A stretch of DNA of 64,000 nucleotides from Candidatus Firestoneibacteriota bacterium (GCA_038042445.1 JBBTED010000027.1:37651-101650); one strand, 5' to 3'; counted from the first letter of the stretch, positions 1 through 10,027 are shown. The notes: a model not told the origin generated them from the letters alone. Numbers and translations are program-made.

Positions 1-1992
1 TTCAGTATACACTGGCAATGGATCATATCCTTTGTCTTTAAGCTGTTTACTATAGAACTCTATTTTGCCAGATGGTGTCTTAAATCCATTTACAACCCAA
101 AACCCATTACTCACTCCTATATATTTACCATCTTTGTCTTTAACTACTTTTGTGTCTGTATTAACAACAGCACCTTCTGGAACTTTAGCAGACTTTGAAT
201 ATTTTTCATAAGTAGTTTTACCACCAATCCATGTAGCTCCATCCATAGCTCTTAATTCTGCTATAGAAATATTTATACCTGCTTTTAATTCTTCATTCAT
301 AGCTTCTTCATCTGTCTTCTCAAAACCTTTTCCATTTTTATCTTTCAATCCAAGTTTTTTTCCTACTGCTTTTACAAATTCATACTCTGTCATTCCATTT
401 ATCCATGATTTAACAACAGGCTGTCTTAAACCTAAAGCAGGAAATGTTACCCAATTAGAATTCAAATCATATCTCTCTAAAAAATTACTTCCAGGGACAA
501 TCAAATCAGCTAACTCTGCTGTCTCTGAAAGATGTGTGTCAACTACTATTACAAATTCCATATTCTTAATTGCTTCAAGATTTTTTGCTGTATTTGGAAC
601 TGACATAACCCAATTCTGAAAAACAAAAACAGCAGCTTTAACAGGATATGGTTTACCTGTTAACATTGCCTCACGTGCTTCTATATATATTCCAGAACCA
701 TGACCAAATGGATATTTTGTTCCAAGTCCATCTACACGTTGAGCTTTGGATTTATCAACAGAAAATTTTATGTGTTTACCACCTTTTTTATCCGGACTAA
801 TCATTGTGCCTGATTTATCATAAAATCCAAGAAGTGCTGGTATCATAGCAACAGCTCTTGAACCTTGTGTAGCATTTGTATGATGTCCAGGACCACTCCA
901 TACATCTATAACTGCTGATTTAGAAGATGCAAGTTCTCTCGCTATTCTTCTTACTACATCAGCAGGAACTGATGTGATTTTTTCCTGCCATTCAGGTGTT
1001 TTATCTGCAATAAATTTTTCATATTCATCAAATCCTATTGTCCAATTTTCAATAAAATCCTTGTTATACAGCTTTTCAGTAACAATAACATTGCCTATAG
1101 CAAGTGCCATAGCACCATCTGTTCCAGGTCGTAGTGAAATCCATTCATCTGCTTTAGCAGCTGTAGCTGAAAATACAGGGTCTACAACAACTAATTTTGC
1201 GCCTTTTTCTCTGCCTCTGTTTATAATAGCAGGCAAATGTGCCCATTTCATTGCACCAAGAGGATTCCAGCCAAATAGTAATACATAATCAGCATTTTGA
1301 AAATCAGCTAAAGGTCTTTCATCTCCCATAACTGTAGAAAAACCTCTTTTTCTTGATACATCGCATAAATTTGCATGATTGTGATAATTAGGTGTGCCGA
1401 ATAAATCACAAAAATCTATTTGTATATGTGTAAATGAATGGTCTTCAGAAAACCATACAAGAGATTCTGCACCATATTTTTTCTTTATTTCAGTTAATTT
1501 TGACGCAGCTTCTTCTATTGCTTGTTCCCATGTTATTGGTTCCCATTGCCCACTTCCTCTTTCACCTATTCGTTTCATAGGAGTTTTCAATCTATCCGGA
1601 TCATACAAAGATTTTATAGCAGAATTACCTTTTGGACACATTCTGCCACCACGTGATTTTTCATTTACAAAATCATTATATATATTAGCCACACCTATAG
1701 GATTATGTTCATTTGGTTCAATTTTGCGAATAACACCATCTATTACATTTACCTTTATACCAGTTTGTCCACCACACATATTACAACAGGTATAAATCCA
1801 CGTCCCTGTCTTTGCTTCTTTTTCTGCTGCAGTAGCTTCCCTGAATATACCTAATTTGTTATCCAGGAATAAACCACTTGCAATAGCTGCAGTTCCTGTT
1901 ACAGAACTCCACTTTAAAAATTCTCTTCTGGTAAATTTTTTTCCTGTAACTTCAGAAAATAGATTTTTTTCTTTCTTCAAAATTTCCATTCA
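1..1992 (-). CDS. Molybdopterin (bis-MGD) oxidoreductase catalytic subunit of the DMSO-reductase superfamily. It carries a Tat signal and is partial, with the C-terminus beyond the window start.
   Basis: Reverse translation from ATG at 1992 reads MNGNFEERKK...TRREFLKWSSVTGTAAIASG (twin-arginine motif), then YTCCNMCGGQTG (N-terminal Fe-S cysteine cluster) and a long open frame running to position 1. There is no stop inside the window. Sense-strand ORFs in the track at 974-1795 are antisense artefacts. Confidence 0.75.
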
Positions 1993-2013
1993 TAAACCTC
2001 CTTGAGTATGTAA

Positions 2014-2056
2014 ATTCTTAATTGTAGTTGCTGATTTATCAGCATTGCCCATAAAT
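2014..2056. repeat. Palindromic repeat family E, copy 1 (gtagttgcYgatttatcRgc ... gcaactac hairpin)
   Basis: Inverted repeat gtagttgctgatttatcagc / gcccataaatgggcaactac. The same ends are found at 3111-3162 and 53648-53696. Confidence 0.7.
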
Positions 2057-2075
2057 GGGCAACTACAGTAAATTT

Positions 2076-3095
2076 TTAAAAGTTAATCAACATATGTGTA
2101 TAAATAACATTCGCGTTAGTTTGACCGGCATTACCTTCATATTTAACTTGTTGATTATCTACTGTGATTTTTATACCATCTGCAATATCATAACCAATTC
2201 CATAAATAGCTCTGTAGTGCGTATCTTCTGTTTTATTGTTATCTGGATCAAACCAATCGTATCTTGCAAAAGCAGATAAATTACCAAATAATTTATAAAA
2301 ACCCCATCCAGAATAACCCCGGCCCACAGTATTAGTTCCACCCTGACTTGATTGATCTATAGTATATAAATATTCTCCTGCTACAGTATAATTATCCTGT
2401 TCTAAACTCACAAATCCCATTGAACGATCTCTTTTTTGATTTGCATTGACAAGTCCAGCTCTATGATGTGCTGCAATTTTCAAACCTTTCAAAGTATCAG
2501 GCATCGGAGTTAATCTAACCAAAGCATAACCATCTTTTGTTTTGTTTGCTTCAGGTCTGGCATAACCTTCGCCATTTGCAAGAACAAGATAGTATTCTAA
2601 ATATTTGCTGATCAATTCGCCTCCAAGTTTTATTCCCAAATCACTTGATGTTTGTTTGCCTTCTGTATCTGCAAATATTGTACTTACAAAACGATGTTTC
2701 CATGTTCCCTCAACAACTGAATGCCATGGTAAACCTAATATACCAATAGAAAGTGTTGAAGAAGGCAATACATCCTTTATATCAATATAAGCAGTTTTAA
2801 CAAAAACCTGTAATGAATTAGGATTTAGTGCAGACCATCTTCCTGAATCCAGTGTTAAGCTTAATCCAATTTTTTCTGCTAAATTGCTTTTAAAAGTCAA
2901 ATATGTTCTTGTTAATTCAAATGCATTATAATCTGCTCCTTTTTCTGTTAAATCATAAGAATATTGAGAAAAAACAACGCCTGAAACTTTAATATCCTTT
3001 AACTTAACATCTGCCGCAAAAACAAAACTAACCATACATATTAGTACTATTGGTACTAATATTGCTATTTTTTTATTTTTATGCATTTCTACCAT
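2076..3095 (-). CDS. Outer-membrane beta-barrel (porin-like) protein
   Basis: N-terminal signal peptide (MVEMHKNKKIAILVPIVLICMVSFVFAADV), alternating amphipathic beta-strand pattern, aromatic-rich, C-terminal ...MLINF ending in Phe as in OMPs. Confidence 0.55.
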   Translation of the reverse strand: MVEMHKNKKIAILVPIVLICMVSFVFAADVKLKDIKVSGVVFSQYSYDLTEKGADYNAFELTRTYLTFKSNLAEKIGLSLTLDSGRWSALNPNSLQVFVKTAYIDIKDVLPSSTLSIGILGLPWHSVVEGTWKHRFVSTIFADTEGKQTSSDLGIKLGGELISKYLEYYLVLANGEGYARPEANKTKDGYALVRLTPMPDTLKGLKIAAHHRAGLVNANQKRDRSMGFVSLEQDNYTVAGEYLYTIDQSSQGGTNTVGRGYSGWGFYKLFGNLSAFARYDWFDPDNNKTEDTHYRAIYGIGYDIADGIKITVDNQQVKYEGNAGQTNANVIYTHMLINF

Positions 3096-3110
3096 CTCCT
3101 TTTTTTATAT

Positions 3111-3162
3111 GTAGTTGCTGATTTATCAGCTGTCTTTTTATTGCCGATAAATCGGCAACTAC
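3111..3162. repeat. Palindromic repeat family E, copy 2
   Basis: gtagttgctgatttatcagc tgtctttttatt gccgataaatcggcaactac is a 20-bp stem, and the arm mismatches are all T/G pairings. Confidence 0.7.
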
Positions 3163-3252
3163 ATTGATTTTTTTACAAAAGATATAAATTTTTATCAATT
3201 TTTCCAAAATATTTATAGTCAGAATAATTATTGGGGTATGTAAGGTAAATTC

Positions 3253-3873
3253 CTATAATTTAAAAAGGCCTGTTTTTATTGCATAATCAGTAAGTTCTGA
3301 ACGGCCTGTCACACCTAATTTCTCCATAATTCTTGCTCTGTATGTTTCCACGGTTTTAATACTTAAATCAAGTTTTTCTGCTATTTCCTTATTTACAAAA
3401 CCTTTTGCAAGAAAGGTCAAAACTTCTTTTTCTCTTGGGCTTAATTTTTGCTCCGCTTCTTTTTCTTTTAACAATTTTGCCATACTGGAATGTATAAAAA
3501 TATTTCCCTGCGAAATTGTTCTTATAGCATTTATAAGCGCAGCATCTGCTGCTTTTTTTGGCACATATCCTTTTGCACCAATTTTAATAAACTCCTGAAA
3601 GTATTCTGGCTCCTCATGCATTGTGAGGACAAGTATTTTAATCAATTGATTCTGTTGCAAAAGTTTTTTTGCTACCTCAAGCCCATTCATATCAGGCATA
3701 GTGATATCAAGTAAAATAATATCCGGATTCAGTGTTTTACTTTTTATAAGAGCTTCTTTACCATTTGATGCTTCTCCAATTATATGTATATCCTGCTCTT
3801 TCTCAAGTAGCATCTTTAATCCTGCTCTTAAAATTGCATGGTCATCTACTATTAAAACTTTAATTTTTACCAT
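3253..3873 (-). CDS. Two-component response regulator, NarL/FixJ family (REC + LuxR-type HTH)
   Basis: MVKIKVLIVDDHAILRAGLKMLL receiver motif with the phospho-Asp region. The C-terminus reads LSPREKEVLTFLAKGFVNKEIAEKLDLSIKTVETYR, a LuxR HTH. Confidence 0.85.
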   Translation of the reverse strand: MVKIKVLIVDDHAILRAGLKMLLEKEQDIHIIGEASNGKEALIKSKTLNPDIILLDITMPDMNGLEVAKKLLQQNQLIKILVLTMHEEPEYFQEFIKIGAKGYVPKKAADAALINAIRTISQGNIFIHSSMAKLLKEKEAEQKLSPREKEVLTFLAKGFVNKEIAEKLDLSIKTVETYRARIMEKLGVTGRSELTDYAIKTGLFKL

Positions 3874-5319
3874 TTAAGCTTCCTCTTTAATTGGAACTTT
3901 AATATAGATTTCTGTTCCCTTATTTATATCAGATTTTATATTAAACTTGCCACCAAGAATATATATTCTTTCCTGCATTCCAAATAAACCGATTGGTTTT
4001 CTACCAGATGTAGTTTTTATCTTATCCATATCAAAACCCACACCATCATCTGTAATTGTAAGAATTAAATCAGATTTTTTTTTCTGAAGAGTTATATTCA
4101 CTTTATCAGCCTTTGCATGTTTTATAATATTTGTAAATGCTTCCTGAATTACCCTATACAAACCTATTTCAAGAGAAGATAGTAATTTAGTATTTTCGGA
4201 AAATCCTGAAGTTTTATATTCTACTTTTACAGGAAATGTATTTTCAAATTCTTCCACATATTTCCTCACTGCTTTCAAAAAACCAAAATCATCAAGTAAA
4301 GGAGGTCTTAATTCAACTGCCAAATTATGTATATCTTCTAACGAACTATTTAAAAGTGTTCTGAAACTTTCTAATTTATTTTTCATATCATCTTTTTCAA
4401 TACCTGACTCAAAAGATTTAAGACCAATTTTAAGCGATGTCAAAGTTTGACCTGTTTTATCATGTAATTCTCTTGCAATTCTGTTTCTTTCATCTTCCTG
4501 TGTATAAATAATTTTTTCTATTAATTTTTGTCTCATTTCCTCATTTTGTTTTAATTCTAACTGATTTTTTTCTAAATTTTCGACCATACTGTTAAATACT
4601 TTACCAAAACTCCCGAACTCGTCATTTGTTATGATATTAACACGGGTTTTAAGATTACCAGTGCTTACTTCATTCACTGCAAAGATTAATTTAGATAATG
4701 GCATATTTAAAATATACGTAAGAAAATACGATATAAAAATACCTATGAACGCCATTATTATTATTGCAATTAAAAGATGCTTCGTGGCTTTTTGTAATGC
4801 TTCCCGCAAAGGAGCATCCACCAAACCTATTCTGACAACCCCGAGTCTACCTTCAAATACAGAAACCAAAATATCAAGGATTTTTCCTTCTTCTGTATTA
4901 AGTATCTCCAGATTATACGGCACAAATTTCTCTTCAAAATTCACCTTCACAAGTTCTTCTGAAACTCTATGTTCAAATGTATGAGCAACTATATGCCCAT
5001 TTTTATCAAGAACAAGTATATATCGTATATCCTTATGGCTCTGGGTTGTTTCTTTTAATAATTCGTATATTCCAAATAAATTCCCAGTTAGAAGAGGTGA
5101 TGCCAACCTTGATGCCAAATCTTTAGTTATTGCAATACCTTTTTCTTCAACCTGATTTTTTAAGGATTTATAAAGCAGCACTCTTGTCTCAATTAAAGCC
5201 CCTATGCAAAATAACACAATTAAACCAAATGCTATACCCATTATTTTAAAAAATATAGGTACAGCTAACGCTTTTTCTATAAATTTACTGAAAAATTTTT
5301 TTGTTTCCAGAAACTTCAC
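3874..5319 (-). CDS. Sensor histidine kinase, NarX-like (TM, HAMP, HisKA_3, HATPase)
   Basis: Two TM segments. EDERNRIARELHD is the HisKA_3 H-box, and the ATPase G-boxes (ITDDGVGFD, GLFGMQERI) are at the C-terminus. It abuts the RR gene. Confidence 0.85.
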   Translation of the reverse strand: MKFLETKKFFSKFIEKALAVPIFFKIMGIAFGLIVLFCIGALIETRVLLYKSLKNQVEEKGIAITKDLASRLASPLLTGNLFGIYELLKETTQSHKDIRYILVLDKNGHIVAHTFEHRVSEELVKVNFEEKFVPYNLEILNTEEGKILDILVSVFEGRLGVVRIGLVDAPLREALQKATKHLLIAIIIMAFIGIFISYFLTYILNMPLSKLIFAVNEVSTGNLKTRVNIITNDEFGSFGKVFNSMVENLEKNQLELKQNEEMRQKLIEKIIYTQEDERNRIARELHDKTGQTLTSLKIGLKSFESGIEKDDMKNKLESFRTLLNSSLEDIHNLAVELRPPLLDDFGFLKAVRKYVEEFENTFPVKVEYKTSGFSENTKLLSSLEIGLYRVIQEAFTNIIKHAKADKVNITLQKKKSDLILTITDDGVGFDMDKIKTTSGRKPIGLFGMQERIYILGGKFNIKSDINKGTEIYIKVPIKEEA

Positions 5320-6248
5320 TGAATTGCACCTATTTCTTCTAATATTGTTTTTGCAGAATTATATATTTTACTGTCAGGGATAATAAATTTTTCTACAAAG
5401 ATTTTATTTAGAATTTTTTTGCCTTCTTCATCCTTGTTCATATTTAAAAATGCATCTTGTAATTTCTTTTTAATCTCATGATTGATTTTGCTTCCTGTTA
5501 CAACAGGAGGAATTCCAAAAGATGGAGATTTATTAATAATTTTTGTTTTTAATGCACAGATATCTTTTTGCTTTATTAAAATATCGTATACAATACTATC
5601 TACACAAGCAGCATCTGTTATTTTTTCTGCTACTGATTTTATTGAATTATCATGACTACCTGTAAATATAAATTTACTAAAGAAGTTATCTGGTGTCCAG
5701 CCTGATTTAAACAGACAATATTTAACATAAAAATATCCTGTTAGAGAAAGTGGATCGCAAAAAGCAAAACTTTTGTTTTTCAAATCATTTAAATTTGTTA
5801 GTTCACTGTTTTTTTCTACTATTATATATGAATAGTAATAAGGTTCTCCTTCAACTACAGGAACAGCTAAAATATCCAATGTAAAATCAACATTTGCCCT
5901 AATGTAAGCGCCTGTACAAATAAATGCCACATCACATTCAGAATTTCTAAGTAACTCATTAACTTCCCCATAAGTATTCTTCTGCACAAGTTGAATATTT
6001 ACTTCCATTTTTTTTCTGAGATATTCTATTAAATCAGCATATAGAATTAATGAAGCTTTTGGAGAAACAACAGAAGCAATAGCAAGTTTAATAGTATTAT
6101 TTTTATAATCTTTATTTAATAAATCGGTAGAGTCTACTGGCTTAAGTCTGACTTTTTTATATTCTGGAGTTTTATCGCATCCTAAAAATAGAAGCAAAAA
6201 GCATAAAATCAAAATTTTAAAATATTCTATTTTTTTGACTATTAGCAT
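5316..6248 (-). CDS. Periplasmic substrate-binding lipoprotein (PhnD/SsuA-like PBP fold), probably the sensor partner of the kinase
   Basis: Lipoprotein signal LLLFLGC and a PBP2-like sequence. The stop overlaps the HK start (ATGA at 5316-5319). Confidence 0.5.
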   Translation of the reverse strand: MLIVKKIEYFKILILCFLLLFLGCDKTPEYKKVRLKPVDSTDLLNKDYKNNTIKLAIASVVSPKASLILYADLIEYLRKKMEVNIQLVQKNTYGEVNELLRNSECDVAFICTGAYIRANVDFTLDILAVPVVEGEPYYYSYIIVEKNSELTNLNDLKNKSFAFCDPLSLTGYFYVKYCLFKSGWTPDNFFSKFIFTGSHDNSIKSVAEKITDAACVDSIVYDILIKQKDICALKTKIINKSPSFGIPPVVTGSKINHEIKKKLQDAFLNMNKDEEGKKILNKIFVEKFIIPDSKIYNSAKTILEEIGAIQ

Positions 6249-6308
6249 AGCAATGATTTAAAATTCATATACCTTTAAGTAAAGAACCCAGGATTAAAAC
6301 CAATTTAT

Positions 6309-6365
6309 CCTGCAGGACAAGAATGTCCTGCCTATAGGTTGGGTTTTCTAACCCAACCTATAGGG
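6309..6365 (-). terminator. Two adjacent stem-loops downstream of tatA (gcaggaca-agaa-tgtcctgc and cctataggttgggtt-ttcta-acccaacctatagg)
   Basis: Inverted repeats read directly from the sequence, immediately 3' of the tatA stop on the minus strand. Confidence 0.5.
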
Positions 6366-6372
6366 TTTTTGA

Positions 6373-6567
6373 CTAATTTAGCTTTGCTATATCTTTAATT
6401 TTATTTTCCTCTTCCTTTACTTCTTTATTAATTTCTTTCATTGAATTTTTAAATTCACCTATACTTTTGCCGATTCCCTTAGCTATTTCAGGTAATTTTT
6501 TTGCACCAAAAATCAAAAATGCTATTGCTAATATAACTAATAATTCTGGCATTCCTATATTCCCCAT
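6373..6567 (-). CDS. tatA: Twin-arginine translocase subunit TatA/E
   Basis: [40 protein letters not shown] is the canonical TatA TM plus amphipathic helix. RBS GGAGGTGAG is upstream. Confidence 0.9.
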   Translation of the reverse strand: MGNIGMPELLVILAIAFLIFGAKKLPEIAKGIGKSIGEFKNSMKEINKEVKEEENKIKDIAKLN

Positions 6568-6680
6568 TTAACTCACCTCCATTTCAACTACATAATACTT
6601 CCTAACCATAAAATAAAAATTATTGCAATTATATGTAAGATCCACCATCCAGGTTTATACATCATAAATCTGTACATACA

Positions 6681-7181
6681 TTAACTCCTCAAGAATATAT
6701 TGCCTACTATATAAACAATTGAAATGGCAATCAAATGTAGCAACCACCACCCCATATTTGGGTAACGAAAAAATCTGTCTTTGCGCTTCAATTCAGAACT
6801 TGTATTCATTATATCCAATTCAAAAATAGCTTTTCCAAATGCAAATTTTCCAAATAATAAAATTATATCTGGTAAAGTAGTTTTTAGTATTAAATTTGAA
6901 GGTGTTATTACTTCCGGCAAATTTAAAAGTGAAAAATGTGCCATTGTAATTGTTCCTATAATCACTAACATACCATTTATCACATAAGCATATTGTGTAG
7001 TTTTAGTATAAAAAAATAATACAGGTATAGCAAGGACACTTATAATACCTGATATAAAAGGTATTAAATGCTGTGATTCTTCAAAAGGTGGATGTATACG
7101 CAAATGCAAAAACCATCCTCCTAAAGAAATAAAAAATAACCCACTTATCAATACTATTCGTACATTTTGCTTTTGCGTCAT
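6681..7181 (-). CDS. Integral membrane protein of unknown function, with repeated GWxLHL(R/I) helices
   Basis: Four to five hydrophobic helices. N-terminal GGWFLHLRIHPP and C-terminal MGWWLLHLIAIS motifs suggest an internal repeat. Confidence 0.4.
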   Translation of the reverse strand: MTQKQNVRIVLISGLFFISLGGWFLHLRIHPPFEESQHLIPFISGIISVLAIPVLFFYTKTTQYAYVINGMLVIIGTITMAHFSLLNLPEVITPSNLILKTTLPDIILLFGKFAFGKAIFELDIMNTSSELKRKDRFFRYPNMGWWLLHLIAISIVYIVGNIFLRS

Positions 7182-7208
7182 ATATTCTAAATATTTATTG
7201 AATTTAAA

Positions 7209-7264
7209 GGTAGTCGCAGGCTTTAGCCTGCGGTTCTTTCCGCAAGCTAAAGCTTGCGGCTACC
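7209..7264. repeat. Nested-palindrome repeat family B, copy 1 (ggtagtcgcaggctttagcctgcg ... ccgcaagctaaagcttgcggctacc)
   Basis: Two internally palindromic arms form an outer inverted repeat. Near-identical copies are at 21307-21373 and 33994-34064. Confidence 0.8.
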
Positions 7265-7275
7265 AATTCACCGTC

Positions 7276-7911
7276 CTAAAGTTTACTGTTTTTTAAATAT
7301 ATTTGCTTTGCCTTACTATAATTATCAAGTGTGTTTATATTAAAAAATGAAAGTAATTGTGTGTCAAATTGTTTTATTTCTCTTAAAGATATATTTTTTT
7401 TAATGATTTTAGCAAAAAAATTGGTTATTTTCAAATTAGTTTTCTCTAATTGCTTTTCTATAGGTTTTATGCAATTTTTAGAATAAAATGCAAATAATGG
7501 TTCATATCCTTTTTGAAAAAAAGGAATAATAGCATCATATTTTTTATCTTTTGTAAACTTTTTCATATATTCAAGTAATTGGACATTCAAAAATGGCATA
7601 TCACAAGCAGTAACAAAATTATAAAGTGTCTTTGAATACATTAAACCTGAATAAAGCCCACCAATAGAACCTTTATCTTTGATATAATCACATACAACTT
7701 TTAAATGCAAGTCTTTATTTTTAAAAGAATTAACAATTGGTTCAATTTCTTTTTCGCGCATTTTAGAATTTACAACTACAATAATATTTTTGAAAATTTT
7801 TGCTAGTAGATTTATTCTACGTTCAAGCATTGTTTTATTTGCAAAAGGAAGGAATATTTTGTTTGTATTGATACGCGTGCTTTTTCCACCAGCAAGAATA
7901 ATTGCTGTCAT
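7276..7911 (-). CDS. mobA: Molybdenum cofactor guanylyltransferase / MobA-like NTP transferase
   Basis: MTAIILAGGKSTRI is the N-terminal nucleotide-binding motif of MobA/MocA. It has the right size and sits next to the MOSC protein and the Mo enzyme. Confidence 0.7.
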   Translation of the reverse strand: MTAIILAGGKSTRINTNKIFLPFANKTMLERRINLLAKIFKNIIVVVNSKMREKEIEPIVNSFKNKDLHLKVVCDYIKDKGSIGGLYSGLMYSKTLYNFVTACDMPFLNVQLLEYMKKFTKDKKYDAIIPFFQKGYEPLFAFYSKNCIKPIEKQLEKTNLKITNFFAKIIKKNISLREIKQFDTQLLSFFNINTLDNYSKAKQIYLKNSKL

Positions 7912-8354
7912 AGGACAGATATTTTATCTCCAGTTTTTATTTCGCCGCCTTGCAGTACTTTGGCAAATATACCTTCTTTTGGCATCACACAATCACCAAC
8001 AGCATAATATATAGCGCAGTGAGAATGACAAACCTTTCCAATTTGTGTAACTTCCAATAGAATATTTTCGCCGATTTGTATTTTGGTTCCAATTAAAAGA
8101 TCTTTTAAATTTATCCATTCTGTAGTGATATTTTCTGCAAAATCTCCGGGCTTTACTTGTAAACCCTTCTCAATTATTTTATTTATACTTTCTTGAGCAA
8201 GCAAGCTTATTTGCCTATGCCAATCACCTGAATGTGCATCTCCAACAATTCCAAAGTTTTCTTTAAGACAAGCAAAAGGAATATTTTGTTTTTTTTCGCC
8301 TTTATTTTTACTTATAGATATTGCAATTATACTACCTGTTTGTTCACAATTCAT
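7908..8354 (-). CDS. MOSC domain protein (MoCo sulfurase C-terminal-like)
   Basis: ISISKNKGEKK...GIVGDAHSGDWHRQISLL is a MOSC beta-barrel signature. The stop overlaps the mobA start. Confidence 0.7.
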   Translation of the reverse strand: MNCEQTGSIIAISISKNKGEKKQNIPFACLKENFGIVGDAHSGDWHRQISLLAQESINKIIEKGLQVKPGDFAENITTEWINLKDLLIGTKIQIGENILLEVTQIGKVCHSHCAIYYAVGDCVMPKEGIFAKVLQGGEIKTGDKISVL

Positions 8355-9987
8355 GACATTGCCTACATTCTTTTTTTGACATTTTTAAACGGACATCTTT
8401 ATGCTGGCCAAATTCATGACAACTTATACAATCCAAACCAGCTTCAAGATGTTTTAGATGCGGCATAATTTTATTTCCATATTTTACTGTTTCCGAAGGA
8501 ATTTTGATATTCAATTTTGAATGACACATAGTCATACAAAATCTTCCGTTAATCAGTATATTTTCATTCATAGAAGGTAATTCTTTTTTAAGTAAATTAC
8601 CTATTTTATCCAAAGATTTATTTGCTACCTGTAAAATCTGAACAGAATAATAGATATTATGCAAACCACGTTTTTCTGATATAAACTGTATATTGTATCG
8701 GACATCTGAAAGCAATGTATTAGCATTATTGAAATCCGTTGAATTTTTAGGAATGGATTTAACCAAATCTTCTGCAATTTTTGATTTTGAATTAATTTCA
8801 TCTAATGCATCATTTAAAATCTTTTTCCATTCTAATACCAAACCAGTATATTTTTCACCATGACATTTAACACATGCATCTTCTTTATATTTGTATGTAC
8901 TTCCATCAAATTTTGTGTTGCCATGAATTTGTTCTGAAATATGACAACCTACACAATCCACATTTGCAAGATACATAGCACTTGGCATATCTGGAACTCC
9001 TTTTGCACCTATACCTTTATAAATCTGCTGAACACCTGTATGTTTATCTGTATGACATTTAGCACAATTAAGAGAAGTCATTTCTTTTTTAGATATAGTA
9101 GTTATAGAATGCCTCATTTCCTTATGACAATGAAAACAAGCTACATTCCTTTTTGTGATATGCTGCTCATGAATAAATTTCAAATCATTGTATTTTTGCA
9201 GTTTCTCAGGCTGATTATGACAGGTGTAACATCTTTCCTGTGGAGCTTCACCATCCCCTTGAATAACATCTAAATGACACTTTTTACAACTCACATCTTT
9301 ACCTTTTGCTGAAACAAAATTTTTGTGATTATAAACTATATTCCCTATTGTAAAATCTGTTTCAGGAACTTTATGGCAAGAAATACATCCACCAATAGGA
9401 TTAATATCACGTGCCGTTTTCTTACCCTTAAAATGGCAAAGGTAACAGGTGTCCCATGTTACTTCAACATGTTTACCAACAACCATTTGTGAATGGCAAG
9501 AAGTACATCTAAGATGTCTACCACGACGTTCTTCAGTTAAATGATGCCTGTGGTTAAACATTATGCCTTTTTTTGTAGTAATTTTTCCTTCTAATAATCT
9601 GGTTGAATGACAACCTACCCTCAAACAAGAAGTATCTTCTATTTCAGCATAAGGTTTAGATGAATATGTCCGTGTGACATATTTGGCAACTTGTGATAAA
9701 GCCTGAAATTTTTTCCATAATATTGTTTTAGGTTCACCAGGTGGATAGTGACATTCTACACAAGCAACATTATTATGTTTTGAATTTTTCCATGCATCAT
9801 AATATGGTTTCATTATATGACAGGATTTACAAAAAGATGGAGTGGTAGAATATTTTGCCAACCCAAGTAAAATTACAACAAGTAATATTAATAATAAACC
9901 TATTAATTTAAAAAATCTTTTTTTAAAACTAATATACCATTTTTTATCTGGTGAAATTTCTATTCCTAAAAAAGAAAGTAAGTTCAT
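8344..9987 (-). CDS. Membrane-anchored multiheme cytochrome c (13 CxxCH plus a Cx4CH and a Cx3CH)
   Basis: N-terminal TM helix (LIGLLLILLVVILLGLA). I counted 13 CxxCH motifs (CKSCH, CVECH, CTSCH, CYLCH, CISCH, CKKCH, CYTCH, CFHCH, CAKCH, CVGCH, CVKCH, CISCH, CRQCH) plus CLRVGCH and CMTMCH. Confidence 0.85.
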   Translation of the reverse strand: MNLLSFLGIEISPDKKWYISFKKRFFKLIGLLLILLVVILLGLAKYSTTPSFCKSCHIMKPYYDAWKNSKHNNVACVECHYPPGEPKTILWKKFQALSQVAKYVTRTYSSKPYAEIEDTSCLRVGCHSTRLLEGKITTKKGIMFNHRHHLTEERRGRHLRCTSCHSQMVVGKHVEVTWDTCYLCHFKGKKTARDINPIGGCISCHKVPETDFTIGNIVYNHKNFVSAKGKDVSCKKCHLDVIQGDGEAPQERCYTCHNQPEKLQKYNDLKFIHEQHITKRNVACFHCHKEMRHSITTISKKEMTSLNCAKCHTDKHTGVQQIYKGIGAKGVPDMPSAMYLANVDCVGCHISEQIHGNTKFDGSTYKYKEDACVKCHGEKYTGLVLEWKKILNDALDEINSKSKIAEDLVKSIPKNSTDFNNANTLLSDVRYNIQFISEKRGLHNIYYSVQILQVANKSLDKIGNLLKKELPSMNENILINGRFCMTMCHSKLNIKIPSETVKYGNKIMPHLKHLEAGLDCISCHEFGQHKDVRLKMSKKECRQCHEL

Positions 9988-10027
9988 ATTTTAACAGTTT
10001 TTAAATTTTTCAGTGGGTGATTTCTTT

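Noticed and set aside
974-1795. Plus-strand ORFs of 104 and 133 aa in the track
   Set aside because: They are antisense to a continuous, motif-rich minus-strand molybdoenzyme reading frame. They have low complexity and no RBS.
1-1992. Selenocysteine (in-frame TGA) in the molybdoenzyme
   Set aside because: Manual translation of the minus strand from 1992 to 1 showed no in-frame stop codons.
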